A stretch of DNA of 64,000 nt from Raillietiella orientalis (lineage: Eukaryota): positions 682,001 through 746,000 of the forward strand of contig JAYWIR010000044.1 in the NCBI GenBank assembly GCA_036172245.1. Direction: 5' to 3'. Shown here one piece after another: positions 13,040 through 26,338 of this stretch. A program made the translations under genes and the position numbers. Below the pieces are notes generated by a model, which searched no databases, had not been told where the DNA came from, and saw only the letters and a program-made list of their open reading frames with translations. The stretch's first letter is position 1. Each line of letters starts with the position of its first letter.

Positions 13040-13330
13040 AGCGAGATGGAGGAGGGGTCTCTCCCAGCATTCAGGCGGCTGAACGCCGTGTTTCCCTTCT
13101 GCTTCCAGGGAGAAGGCTGCGTAGTCGCAGGTCTTCCATTAGTTCGTGGAAGCACTCCCGCGGTCCATGCTGCCAAAGTGCCTACTCACCCGGCAACTCG
13201 CATCCGGGAACACCACAGACTAAACTCTCTCCGCAGCGTGTTTACCTGCAAATGAGCCGATGAAAGGAAAGGCACCCGGCTGTCAGCGTGGCAGGCAAAG
13301 ACCACTTTATACCTCATCGTCTAAGCATGT
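13040..13330 (+). mobile_element. Possible Penelope-like GIY-YIG endonuclease remnant
   Basis: PCCQSAY followed after a frameshift by ATRIREHHR..SVF, resembling CxxCxxxYIGxTxRxLxxRxxEH. Confidence 0.3.
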
Positions 13331-14529
13331 AGCTCCTCTTCCAAGCTCTTCCCTCGAAGAGAAACGCCACTTTTGGACAGATCCACCGTGAAAGGAACCC
13401 TCTTTAGGGAAAAAACGTCCCTATCTACCTCGCCGAACTTTCTGTGACAGAGGAAGGAATCGAGCTTTCACGTTTTGCATCTCAGCTAAAACCTGTGTTC
13501 CACGGAGATGCGGCGCGCGCGATTTTACAAGAAGGCAGGTGCGTGCGTGTTGCATCCTTAAAGGAAAACGTGTCGGGTGCACTTTCACAGGATTGATGCC
13601 GTGTTTCTATCACCTAGCTGTGACAGCCACGTTCGTGCTCCCCCCCTCCCTCCTTAGATTTGAACAAAAGGAACGCACCTTCCTGAAACCCGACTGTGCT
13701 CCCTATCCGCGACCGACTCCGAAAAGCGCACTCACAGTGTGCCAAGAAAGGGCAACATTTCAGCTTCAGTTGTACTTCTGATTTGTAAGTGAAGTGCAGC
13801 AGCAAATCTCGAGCTCTTTGCTTGCTCCTCGCCTAAAATCCCGTATTTACTAAATCACTCAGCCACGTTGAATCAAGGAGTTTTCGGTGTATCCCGGAAA
13901 GCGCATCGAAATCTCGGCTTCCGCTCCCTTTCGAGTGACGAGGGACCAAGCTGGAAACGGGGAGCGACGCACGATTTCGTCGGAAAAGCGATGGAAGTGG
14001 TCAAGGAGCCGAATAGGAGCGCGTGTAGTTATGGCGTAAGATGCTAAGAGGCTGGAAGCAGGGGAAATTGCAACTGGATGAGTATGAGATGTGCCCGGAG
14101 GGGATGGGTGGGGATGGGGGCAACCGCAAAGGGTCGTAGACAAGATCGAACAACATTCAGTCAGCGTCTGTGCTTCTCGACCTGAGAAGGAACTTTTTAG
14201 GAAGATTTACTGAAGTCAAGCAAGTCTGAGGAGCAGTGGAAGCTGCGAGATGAGCACCATGTACTTTAACAGCTCTTCGATAAAGCCTTCTCCTCATTAG
14301 GTAATTTCCAACCCGACCAGTTGAAACAGTTGCTGCAGCAACCAGGAGCAACCCGTAGTCAAACGGCCGCCGGTTCCGGTATCTGAGAAACCACGTCGAT
14401 TTTCCGAGCAGTTTGTAATCAACAAGTTCACATCAAGGTCACTGGGTCTTACAAAGGCTTCGAGGTTCCCCCCGTAGCCGCACGGCTCGCGGTGTCGGCC
14501 ACTGGGCGTCGGACCACTGCGTTTCCGCT

Positions 14530-14720
14530 GACTGAACGGTATCGGAAGCCGACCCTCCGAGGTTCTTCCGGGAATCAAGCAGATCCGGGATGTCCCCTCG
14601 GTTGTGAAAACGGAGCCGTCCCCTCTATCGTGTACCATGGAGTTGGTGGATACCCACCCTCGAAGGGTTACCTCTCCAGAGTGTGTGAAGCGCCCCAAGG
14701 AATAGCTCTCTAGAGTAGGG
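14530..14720 (+). mobile_element. Family A body fragment
   Basis: ggaatcaag..cccctcggttgtgaaaacggagcc..ctctccagagtg matches 12025-12120. Confidence 0.65.
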
Positions 14721-16449
14721 GAACGAAAAGTAACGCTCGATGTTTGATGAAAGAAATTCGTCTCCAACCAACTCTCTCCCCAGAGCAGACAAACGTGGCC
14801 TTCGCTCCCACAGGATGAGCCACTTAAAACCTCCCCAAAGGAAACACACTAAAAGGAATTCTCTTTTCTCTCTTCATACCTTGAGCACTTCAGCATTTTT
14901 AGATTACATTGCCGGAAGTGCCGTGCTGGTCGCGTGTCGCTGACGTCACGCCTCGAAAGCCTACTTGCGGAAAGCCGGCTTCAGGTAGCTTCATCCTACA
15001 GGAAAACAACCATCTCATGGGAAGACCATGTTTTGTGTTGGTCAGCGTCGCACCTTGGGGCACTTTTCATTAAGTAGGGAGTGCTCGGGCTTCTCGGGCT
15101 GTTCACTCGTTCACGAGGCGCAGTTCAAGGTGCACCCGTGAGAGCATCACCCACCGGAAATGGGAAAGATCGTTTTCTTGAGGGATATGTGTTTTCGGGA
15201 AGAACCATCCCCTTCGCAACCGCTGCATCCGCAGCTTAAACCTCATCTCCTGAAAACAGGAACGACCTGCTAGCCTGGATCGAGAGGGCTGTCCAGGAAG
15301 ATTTTGGAGCAAATGTCTCTCTAGCCTGCCATCGAGTGCTGTCTCCGAGCTCCGACCAGGATGGAGGTCTTAGAAAGAAGGACGAGTCATCATAATGGAT
15401 GTCTCGAGCCTCTCCGAGAACTCGTGGGCAACTATCGATGGTCGAGGATAAGGGTAAGTGTCGGAGATTTGTTTGTCCATCCACTGCTCCCCCCAGGGAG
15501 TGACAGCTTCCGTGCGAAGCCTTGTCGTAAGTCCCTTGGAAGTTCGAGACCCAAGGAACGACAATCTCCTAAAAGAGCTGAAGATACCTAAGCGCCAAGT
15601 GGAGGACCTCCTGAAAGATTCATCACTCCCTTATCTCAGCACCCTCACGGAACTCTCTTAGGGATGCACTGGAAGCATCGCTTGGGCCACTGTGTGTTTC
15701 TGGGAGATCCCCAAAGACCCACATCCTCTTCCTGAGGTATAGATTGCCGTGCTCTGTAGTTCATATCCCGCCATGAACACGTGTTCCAAAAATTAAGCGT
15801 GATTGCTATGTCTTGTATCGTGGCTAATGAGTACGGACGGTGCGTGAACGCTCTCGTAACCAATCTTCAAGCAGTCCCAAATGTACACTTTTGCTCACCT
15901 CACCGATAGGTAGGAAAAAAGGAAAGGAAGAGGAATCTTCAGTCCTTCCCCATTCATCGCTTATTCTGCCTCGCAAGCGGCAGACTTGTCGCACCCGAAA
16001 TCTCCTGGCTCGAAGGCACGCGAAAAGGTTTCGAATGAAGAGCGAAGGAGGCACCCCACAATAGGCACAAGGAAGATTCTGTGGGGCTTCCGTCATCTCC
16101 CCTTGGTACGAACTGAGAGGGAACGTACGAGCAGGGCGTCTCCCCAGAATCGACAACCCGGGTTGCTTTGATGGGAAGCCATCGACGTCTCGGCAAAAAC
16201 TCTCTAATGATGTCTTTGACTCTAATGAGGCACAAAGAAGCCGGAGTATTTATGGCGACAAACGCGGAAATCGGAAGCCCTTGGAGTGGATCCAGGAAAA
16301 CGTGAAAGATTGAGGAAGGAAATAATTGGAAAATCAGGAAGAATCAGGGAGAGTGTGGCATCGTCAGACTCTGGTGAGAGTGGGAAAATTTTCAAAGCCA
16401 CCCGGAAACGAAGAGATCGAAGGAGCTGAAATTTCCTCGTTTCGGAAGT

Positions 16450-17250
16450 GCCAGGCCATTTATTTATAAGAAATAAAGAAGTAACGAAAAAGTCGGGCTT
16501 CTAACAGGAATCCACGGGAGGCAGATCTCACGGAGGGCATTGCTTGGAACAGGGAGTGGAGGGTGGTGTAGGAGGACCAATAAGCAGCAGTAAACAAGCA
16601 AATAGGGAAGGGTACGGACCGGTTTCCCGGTGCTAATGACTCCCAGGGGCTTGCGTGGGGGAAAGGCGGCAGTGAGGAGGAGAGAGTGCATTCACCTGTT
16701 TTGATCACGGTGTCTGTCCACGACTGTCTCGAAGGGTTCCTTTGTCGCTGCTGTCAAGGGGGCCCCACTTGCTCACGCTACTCTTCACAGCTGTTGCGAC
16801 CGCGCGGTGCGCCGAGTGCAGCGGCGAGTCTTCTCCGCTAGCAGAGCCGCCGCCGTTGCACAAAAGATTGCCCGTTGAGAAGGGCGGGTCTGCGTAGCGG
16901 AGGAACTTCGGTATTCCCTCTTGAGCAGCGCTTTCACAATGAGCTCTTCCTCACCTCCAGCGCAGTCCACTGCGTTCCAGAAGGCCGCGCAGGGGCGAAA
17001 GTAGTCCGCGCCGCAGCACTGCGCGCGCGCCTTGCGCACCCCTCGCCTGCGAGGCACGGATGCGTTCCTGGTTAACGGGGAAAGTTTCCACGCACGTGCC
17101 AGATGGCGCCGTGCCGCTAGGAAAACCTGAAATGGTGAGGATTTGCGGGCGAGCTCTCGCTTTCTCGCTTGGGGATGCCAGCAGTCTGGTGGGACGTGTC
17201 CCGACGACCCACTGGGAAATCGCCATCGGCGAAACCTAGGAATCATGGAA
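16450..17250 (-). mobile_element. 3' end of a further L1/Tx1-like subfamily (decayed zf-RVT and 3'UTR)
   Basis: WKLSPLTRN..CCGADYFRPCAAFWNAV..FCATAAALL; ends aataaatggcctggcac. Confidence 0.45.
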
Positions 17251-17559
17251 AAAGCGCATGCAAGAGGCACACATGGGTTTCCCGTTGCATCGATGCAACC
17301 ATTGGATGCTTTCCATTTATCGCTTCATGGATTTGGGATTCCACAAAGGAATGCAGGAAAGAAGAATTCCTTTAAAAGCCCCCGTCTTTTCCTCGATCCG
17401 CCCCAACACTGCCTCCTCCACAGCTGCTCAGAAGTGGCGACCGCTTTTCCTTGCAGCCAGAGCTTTCGCGGATGAGTTCACTACGAAGATTCGAACCCTC
17501 AGCGCTTAGCTTGCCGCCGGGGTTCTTTGCTTTCGAGTCTAAGCGGTGCCGGAGGAGTA

Positions 17560-18535
17560 TACAGGCTAGCGACCTTCTTCTGGAAACTCAAACGTGCTGC
17601 ATCATTCGAAGGTTGTCCTGGCAAGTGAGTCCACCAGACGTTCCGGATGCACTGGATGCCTCACAGCAGCAGCATCCGGGGACCTTCTTTAGGGTAGCAG
17701 AATCTTCCAAATGAAGAGTCCACGAGAGTGCTACACCTCCACAGAATAAGGCACCTGGCGGTTGCCTCAAGCATCCAACATGGCCGTGGCCTATACTGGA
17801 CCCATCGAAGGAAGCTCTCAGCATATCGATCCCCTAAGGAGAGCGAAGACCAGCAGATGAGGATGTGAACGGAAGAGTTTTCGAAGTGATACCACAGTCT
17901 CAGAGAAGGACAGCAGCCTGGTTCACACGCATAGCAGCACGGTTCTCAGCAACCTGGTTCACACAAGCAGGACAGCAGCGCGGTTCTCGCACGGCAACCT
18001 GGTTCTCATGAGGACGGAGAGCGAACAGGACGTGATGGTTCCTGAGAAAGCACAGGAAGAGATTCCACCCCTTTGCCCTCTGCAATCTCTCCCTTTAGTG
18101 AGTGGGCAGAGGCAGTTGGAGTCGATTCTGGAAATTCCCAGATGTCGAAACCGAACAGCACCGCTCTTGGAATTCCGGTGACCTGGCAGTGCAAAACTGG
18201 CGCTCGAACGCCTCAGGATGCCTCAACTTCTCAGGCCTCAGGAGAGCGAAGAGGGAAGGGCGTGGGTCCAACGTGTTGGGACGTTTCGTTCGCTCGCGTT
18301 CTGGAACGGTGCCGCTGCTCTGCGGAATGGTCAGTGCCCGTCCGGTATCGTTCCCCTTTTCTCAGCAGCAGGTCAGATCATCTGCGCGCCTTCTCCACTT
18401 AGGATCACCCACCCTTGGCTGCTGTCCAAGACCTCCCGAGGTCCTCGCGTCGCCTTCCAGTGAAGAAGCAGCACGCTCCTCTGTGCCTTGTGCGTCTACT
18501 GCTCCGTGAGCGAACATGACACGCTCAGGGTACAG
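17560..18535 (+). mobile_element. L1/Tx1-like ORF1/ORF2 (APE) junction fragment; uninterrupted paralog of 30790-33000(-)
   Basis: Direct nucleotide homology to 32410-33000 and 30790-30916 (revcomp); LCVY(t)AP resembles the APE motif NVYAP. Confidence 0.65.
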
Positions 18536-19802
18536 CACTGAGCTCAGTTCGCAGGCTGCTGGCTTCCATCGGCTGTTTGCGTGCGTTCTTGAAATAGGCA
18601 ATCGAGACACCTTGTCTTCGTTTCTAGAGTTGAGGGTGCGGCACGAACCGGCCTAGGATGCGTGGGTGCGTTTGGTTCCCATTTCTGACTGCGATCGATC
18701 TGTTATCCGACTGGGTGTAGCGTGATCGATCCAAGCATGCTGCAAGCATGTTCTCGTGGAACTTCTACACATCAGACCTTTATGTTTTCGCTACGTAATC
18801 GGATGCAACCGCCAAGGTCTGTGTGTGTTGACAACAGCTCTAGGCGTACTCGTGCGCAGAAGCCTCCATCGCGACCCTCTACTCAGCGCAATGTAAGCCT
18901 AGCAACGACAGAGCACCGGAAGGCAGGAGGGACTATGTCCTGGGGGCTTGATGCAGGTTGTTCGACGTCGAGGCTTGAAGCTTGAACGTCATTTGTCTTC
19001 GGAGCCGGCTGCTTTGGCGGGCGAGTTGTTGCACTCTCCTCCGAGAACTGCCACCATCCTGCTGTATCATATTTTTCGTTTGTTGATTGTCTCAGGGGGA
19101 GCATCAGGGAGGAAGATTTGCTGGCTTGAACCTACTGATGACAGAGAAATGACACGCTTTGCCTGGAGACGTGTACGCTGAACAGTTAGTTCCTCGTGTA
19201 CCTTAGCCATGCTGAGAAGACTTTCAGTCCAAATTGTTTCCGACATAAAGGAGGTTCTTTAGATCTCCATTTAACAAGTGTCTGCTGGTTTGCTGATTTT
19301 GTTCCCTCCGTCTTGCAATCTTCCCAGCACAGAAAACACAGCAGAAACTTTTGCTTCTCAGAAACATATCCTCCTGAATCCAGTCAGGGCTCCCATCAAG
19401 ATTCCGGTTTGCACTATATGAAATGGCTCTGCCCTTTGGCATAATGGTCACCTGCAACCTTTTGCATGCGCCCTCCACACTCCTTTTGGTACTTCTCTCT
19501 AGCTGCGCTGGCAGTGATCTGCTTGGCTACTTCCGAAGATGCAAGAAGGAGATCTGCCCCAGCGTTAGTGGATCTTCAATGGCTGATGAGATGATTTCAG
19601 TAGCAGCCATAGAAGAAATCATGAGATTCAAATTTAGCCCTTAGATCTTCGTTCCATCCATCGATCTGCAAATTCTCTATTATTGAGTTGCCTTGAGGAA
19701 TGGATCCAGAGGTTCAAAATGCATTTTCCGGATCTGAAATTCTATTGTTCATTCGAGAGAAATTATTGCATTAAGACTTCTGGAAACAGCATTCTATATT
19801 GC

Positions 19803-20640
19803 AAGATAGCTTGCAGTTCTCCCACAGAAGCGCAGGTTTGCTTGCTTAGGTGACCGTGTGAGTGTCTGTCTGACCAGTGGTTTCTGAAATGAGTCATCTC
19901 ACAAGCCTCGAAATTCTTCCTCTCGGTGTCGCGCCATATCAGATCAAACTGGAAAGAAACACTCCTCTCCTTTCCAGCTGTAAAGTCGGACGTCGTCAGG
20001 AGGGCGCTGAAAAAACTCTAAAGAATTTCCTCGGAAGTCAGCTTTGTCGTCTTAACCGAGTGATTCGAACCCTGTCAACGGTAGCCTCGACCTTTGACCT
20101 AATTGCCTCTCGTCACCAAGATGCAAAATTGCAAAGTTCTCCTAAATCGCCCCCCGCCCCTCAAAACCTTCGCATTTTATTTCTTGCAGCCGCATATCTG
20201 CATGTCCTCCCAGTACCGAAAACGGGGAATTTTGCGTCTATGCTTCATGAATGTGATGCCAAGACGAGAAGTTTGCAAGCCGTTACGAGTACTGGTTCGG
20301 AGGACCTGGACACTACATGGAACGCTCTTGCACCGTTCCATCTTGCGTACAGGACGCACGTGAGGTCCCGAATTAAGCTGATGCAGTTCATCTCATCTCT
20401 TGAGATAAGCTACATCAGCTTAATTCGGAAGCGCGCGACACCTCCTATGCTTTCCTCTTCAAGCCCGAGACGAAGAATTTAGAGGCTTGTCAGACAGACT
20501 CATTTCTTGGAAACAGAGGTCTGTTTTCTGACGAAGAGGAAGAAACCACTGGCCAGACAGGCACTCACACGGTCACCTAAGCAAGCAAACCTGCTCTTGA
20601 TAATGCAGACGCTTCTGTGGGAGAGCTGCAAGCCATCTCA
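19803..20640. repeat. Inverted repeat pair 19803-19930 / 20432-20640 flanking a 61-nt hairpin (20368-20428)
   Basis: gcaggtttgcttgcttaggtgaccgtgtgagtg occurs on both strands; ccgaattaagctgatg...catcagcttaattcgg forms a perfect 16-bp stem. Confidence 0.85.
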
Positions 20641-22899
20641 TCTCTTGAGCTTTGTTTCTCTACGAAAATGATTTCCACAAAGCCGTGACGTAAAATGTCA
20701 CTGTCTTTTTCGTCACAGAGCTAATACTCAGCAATGATTACGGATGCGTGAGATAAGGGAATCGGGAAGTAGACAGCACGATCCAAGAAACCTGCAATTT
20801 GGACGCTGTCAAGGAAACCAGCTCCACTTATTTGAAAATTTTTGCCAGATTACTTGAGAGAAAGTGGCCACGATGCTCTTCACATTGCAGCCGCAATTCA
20901 CTCGATCTGAAAATGAGAGCCATCGAAGGTAATCCTTAAACAACAGATGCATTGTGTTGGAAGACAGAGAAAGAGTGCTCGAACAGAATTACAGAAAGCT
21001 TGAGGAATGGAATGGTCACTTGAAGAGCAGTCCCGTATTTCGTGGTTGCTATGGGCAATGCCGGCAGTTACATGATAGCAGCGAATCGTTAAAGATGGAC
21101 GTTCAGAGAGTTTTTTAAAGCAATACTTTCTCTTCGCAGCCTCCGTCACCCTTAATTCTGTTTAACTCTCTGCTTCGTCCTTCAGTCCGACTTGGTTTGC
21201 TTTTTCCGAACATCGCGAAATTAAGGAGTCCCAATCGATGTCTCGGCCCACGATTCGAGCACACGTCCATCCTTCATGCTTCATGCAAACAGGATGACTG
21301 CAAATTCGTCTGGTGATCCTGAGGACAAACAACCGAAGAAATGGGACGCTGTTTTTCGAGACAGGAACATCGGCCCGCGTTCCCTATCTCTCATTCGCTG
21401 GCGTCTTCATCGAACAGAGCGATGAAGCAACGAAAATTTCTTGGTATTTGCAAGGAGTTTCCTTTCTCTTTCCTTGCTGTTCCATGAAAGGTACGAGATG
21501 AACGAGCATGGTACTTCTGAGGAAATAGGTGGAAATCATGGAAGTTGGTGGCGTCCGGAGATGAAGTCACCACCCAGTCCGCTTGGGGACCAACTTGAGA
21601 GCACACATGAATAAACAGAAACTACAAAGGAGGTGTGCGCACACGAGGGTGAAGTGATACGGCTTTGTCGAGCGTGAAACCTTGTCGAAAGAGCGTTTTA
21701 AGACGCAACCTCCCTTGATGTGTCGCCACTTGTGAGCTTCACCGAGTTCACACGTAGGCTTGCGTGGAAGGACCCGAGCTGGGCGCACCTGTCCGTCACG
21801 GATGGCAGCTGCAGGGACACCAGCCAATCTGTCGACAACCGCATTAGTTTAGGTACCAGTTTCTTTCCCGACGTTCTGTGTTTCTGGGTACGTTTCTTTG
21901 ATAGGAGGGACGTCAGCTGATTGCTCAGCTGTTGCCCACTCGAATCACTGCTCCTGGACACCGTGCCCGATCGCCTCGGTCACTGCTGGAAGCAGTTTTC
22001 AAAAATTTTGTCATCCCACTCTTTCTGCCTTGGTGCCGATGGCGTAGACTCTGTGGTCCAGAGATGCAATCGATCTTCGTGGGTTGAAGCTCTCTTTGAT
22101 CGCAACTCGGGGCGAAGCCTCCTTTGCCGAAGATACGATACGACGATAGATTCAATCTCCGCTCCCTGCGCTGGCGCCGCGAACAGAGCCATTGGCTTCC
22201 TCCGTTGTGTTCTCAATAACGCTGCCGTTCATCGACTATTGACGAACGACTGCAGCCTGGCGATCACGTGACCTTCGAAGGAGACTGCAGCACTGTGAAC
22301 GATAATGAACACCCTATTTATGCTGTCCGTAATCACATCCTCAGATCGTAAACAAACAGTCCACCCTACAGGCAGCTGTTTGATGGAACCTACCTCTTCT
22401 TTCCATGAAGCTTTGTCTTCTGCAGCCATTTCGATTTCGACCTCAATCCCAACCGTGACGATCTCTGTTAGGAAGGGTGAGCGACACCCCATGCCCTTCG
22501 TTCCACGGTTTCCCAGATGTTTCTGCTGCTCTGTCTGGCTGTGGACTCGATTCACTCCTGGGCAGAACCATGCTGGAAAGTCCCGTCCTTCATTCTTTTC
22601 CTTCTGCAGGAGCAGGCTGGACAATTCTTCGGCGACCCGGGCTGGAAGAGTAGTCGTTTCAACGTCAGAAGTGGAAGAAGAAGTTGCGAAATGATCGTCA
22701 GCTGTCTCCTGTGGAATGAGTCGCTCGACGGCGCGAAGGAAAGGACCTCCACGAAGTCGAACGGAGAGCGCACTGAAGTGGCCGTCAAAGACCGCAAGGA
22801 CTCGTGGTGGAGTCAGGTTTCGAACCGATGCGGAGAACAGCTCTTGTCGGCGATGTCTCCCCCGTGCGCGAGATCGAATGGAGCTGAGTACCAGCCAGG

Positions 22900-24700
22900 G
22901 AACAACGAAAGCCGCAACTTGGATTGCAGGTCCCGAATTGGTCTTCGGGTTCGATCCCGATGCCAATCACGGCTGAAGCCATGCACATCGCATTGGATGT
23001 CTTCTGCTCTTGACAGCTCTCGGAAACGATTCTAGAAGGGGAAAATCAGCAAGCAATTATTGAAAACTAACTCATCACTTGAACTCCTGAGCTACCTCAT
23101 CCTTAAGAAGTTCACCTTGGGATCCCTGGAACTCCAGCAGCCCACGAACGGCCAAATAAGGAGAGAGCAGTCGAGAACTGGAGTCTCAACACCCATCATG
23201 GCTCACCTTCCGAAGCGAAAGCACGAGCATAAAAAGGTTGCTCAGTGGAGCTGTCGCTTCGGCATAACGTCTAGGGAACTGTTACCAGCAGGAACCACAA
23301 CCAGCTCTTGTTCCCAAGTGGTTCGCAGTTCTCATGAAAAGATAAAAAATTCCGATTGCAAAGGGAGTAAAGAACATTACCATTCCTCTCGGAGGAAGAT
23401 TGGCAGTCGGAAGGAAGCATGAACCAAAAACTTATAGAGCATTCCCGGCGAATAGAAGTTTCTACCTAGCGGTCAGCTTGTCTTAATTTAAGACTCTTGA
23501 TGGCTCGCGGATGGTAACAGGTCGAGAATGTTCGGCGAGCATTTGCTCCCATAGCCACTGACTGATTGACTTTCAGTGCTTTTGGCTGCTGGAATCTTTG
23601 GCTGTTTTCTTCAGGCTCGTAAGGAATTTTCCGTGCATGGACTCAGACTGGCTGTCCACCTCTCGCCGGTACGCTCGTCAGCCAAAAATCTCTATCGGTC
23701 TCTTTCGAGGGCGGTCTACTCGATCAGAGCTTTTCCTTGTAGCTTACATTCTCATCTCCTGGCTCATCTGTCACGCGACGACGACGATTCTGCTGGAAGC
23801 GTTCTGGAGAGTTGTGGAGACGTCCCGTCAAAGAGTGAGCCCCGATTCAAGAATTTCTTCGCAAGACTCAGGATTTCTCTCTAACTTCTATTAATGGAGG
23901 GAGAAATGAGAACAAAACCAGAAGCTGTCTCTCGCGGAGAAATTAAGGAAACCTATATGGTGAAAGGCAATTTATCACCATCATCCGAAAGAATTTAATA
24001 GATTGTGGAAAGACGAAATGTGTTTCCAGAGCTTTGCCAAGAAAACAAGATGCAGGAGGACGAAATATATTGTTGCTTGGAAACCGGAGAACGGGAATAG
24101 GTTCGAGTGTGGCCAAATGCAAAGATTTATGAGCACAAATGATCCCAAAATCATGAACTAAGAGTGAACAGGCTTCTGATTGACAGTTTCCATGGGAACG
24201 AGCAAACAAAGAGACGAATGTACGCTGAGAAAAGAACAATTCTTCAATGATCCCAGTCGAAGAATGATTATTGATTTCCTTTTAATATGAAAAAATGCAG
24301 CGCTGATGAAATTCTTCGGGAGATGCCGTTCTCTTTGATGGCGGGGTCGCCCGACAAAGAGAAAATGATCAGAAAGCAAACATCCGCTGCCCTCTAACAG
24401 TGCTTCAGTGCAGCATCCAAGAACCCTTTCGATATTCCCGTTGTCCGCTCCGATAGAAGGAGTCAAAGAAAGAAAACGTTTCTTTCTGGAGCTCGAGGAG
24501 GAGTGATGCTACAGGAAAATGAAACACCCACTCGGAAGAATGTGGCGCGCACAAATCCAGCACATGCAGCCGCAGAGAAGATGGAATAGGCTAGGAGTAG
24601 CCCGATGACCTTTCGAATCAGCTTCTGAATTCCCCAAATTGAAATTAGTGACTTCGAGAATGGTTGGAAGAACCAATCCGTGGGAAGCTGCATCAGGAAT
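22900..24700 (+). mobile_element. Possible very decayed R2/NeSL-type RT region
   Basis: Only faint motif traces in roughly RT order; numerous stops. Confidence 0.25.
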
Positions 24701-24864
24701 TCGGTACCGATTTCGGTGTGAAGAAAACCTTTCGAGCAACTCGGGGTGAAGAGCTCAGCACAGAGCCGTAAAAGTGAGCCGCCCTTGCGTCTTCCTGCTA
24801 TGAGTTTTCCTGTTCCAGTCCCGGAAGGGAAGGAAGGGGATGATGTCTCCGAGGTTGTCTCCGA

Positions 24865-26338
24865 TTTTCACCCAGGCACGTCCGGCATTTCTTAAAATTT
24901 AAAATAAACTCACTTATTGTGGTAGGACGCGTGGTCCTACCACACTCTGTCCACGGACCTGCCGGGTCACCGGTGCGCATACCGGCGGGGCTCGCCTCGG
25001 CAGCGGAGGGGGATGGGAGGAAAAAAAAAGAGTAAATAAAAATAAATAAACATTTTTGGAAGGATTGGGAAGGGACCCCTGTCCACTGGTGGGAGTCTGC
25101 ATCTTTTCCAGGATGCGGGCTAGGTCCGTCCGAATGGGCCCCAGTTGGGTCCGTCTGGCATCTATCCACAGGAAGAGGACTGCGAACTGGACGGCGTCCT
25201 TCTCGTTTCTTCCTTGGTCGGCTTCGTTCCTGGCCGTATAATCCAGCGGATGCTGCAAAGCGTTGCTAGGGCTGTGGCTGACTGCAGGGCAACCCTCACG
25301 AAGAGGAGCCGTAAAACGACCCTGGGGTGCCAACCAGGATCCGGAGGGTCGTCCACAAGACATTCTCAAAGGGGTCGGAGGGCACGAGCAGGAGCAGGAG
25401 GGGGGATTCCCATTCCCCTCACCTGCGACAGTCTGGGCTCGTCCTCCCCAGCGTCCAGTAGCATCGGCATGCGTTGCAGGGAGGACCCCAGTGCAACAGC
25501 AAAAGTGCCGACTCTCGCCACTTCAGGGGGAGAACGCTTCTGTTCTTGAGTGCCGGGAGCCACTTCAGGTTTTCGCTAAGAATTCTGAGCAGTTCGTCCC
25601 AGCTCTGCAGTTCTCGTGGAAGGGCACTTAGGTTTGCAGCATCCTCCAGCTGCACCACGGCCCATGCATTCATTAGCTTCCTCCTGCCTGCGATCTTGCA
25701 GGAGACTCCCCACTTCGGCGTTTGGCTGCTGCCAAGTGCCCTCCTTAGGGAAGGCGTTGTTGTCGCGAAGGAAGTCCGCTTCGCCCACGCGCTCACTCTG
25801 GGATCCTCGAGGATCTTCTGCAGTGAGCGGCGGCAACCCCGGAGACAATTTTCCGGAAAGGATCCGCTCCTGGGATTTCTTTTCTGGAAGAAATCTTCAT
25901 GATAGCCGCTCCTCGTTCCCTTCTCTGAAGAGAACCCCGAAAGGACGCTTTCAGATTTCCCTGAAGGGTGCTCTCCGAAAGTAGCAGCGCGCTTCTTTCA
26001 CTCTGGAGAGACAACCCCCGAGGTGGGTACCAACCTCCATGGTGCGGCTCCATTTTGGCAACCAAAGGGGAGCCCCGAAGGACTTCTTGATTCCTGAAAG
26101 CATCCCAGAGGGTCATCCAATCCCAGTCAGTCAACGGAGGCATCCGGGGGTTTGCTCCTTCCACCCGTGCCGCACCCGAAGTCGACCAGTAGCGGCTACA
26201 CTCATTTTTCAGGGGGGACTCGAATCCCACGGAGGACCCATCTCTGTGGCGTCGACCCTTCCCCGGGTTGGATTCGAACCCGCGGCGTTTGGCACCGCAC
26301 GCACGGGGACCGCAGCCATATGGCAGCCAACGCGGACC
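24865..26338 (-). mobile_element. Apparently full-length family A composite element: tRNA-like head, body, Tx1/L1 zf-RVT tail, hairpin terminus
   Basis: Head with gggttcgaatcc (26270-26281) and second gggattcgagtcc; body; LPLKWRESALLLLHWGPPCNACRCYW..PDCRR*GEWES; T-rich 3'UTR; terminus ccggacgtgcctgggtgaaaa. Confidence 0.8.

Noticed and set aside
22229..22966. 245-aa ORF (also 36203-36940, 38904-39638, 47348-48103, 56001-56783, 61073-61951)
   Set aside because: No recognisable domains or exon structure; several are antisense to repeats or have typical spurious GC-rich composition.
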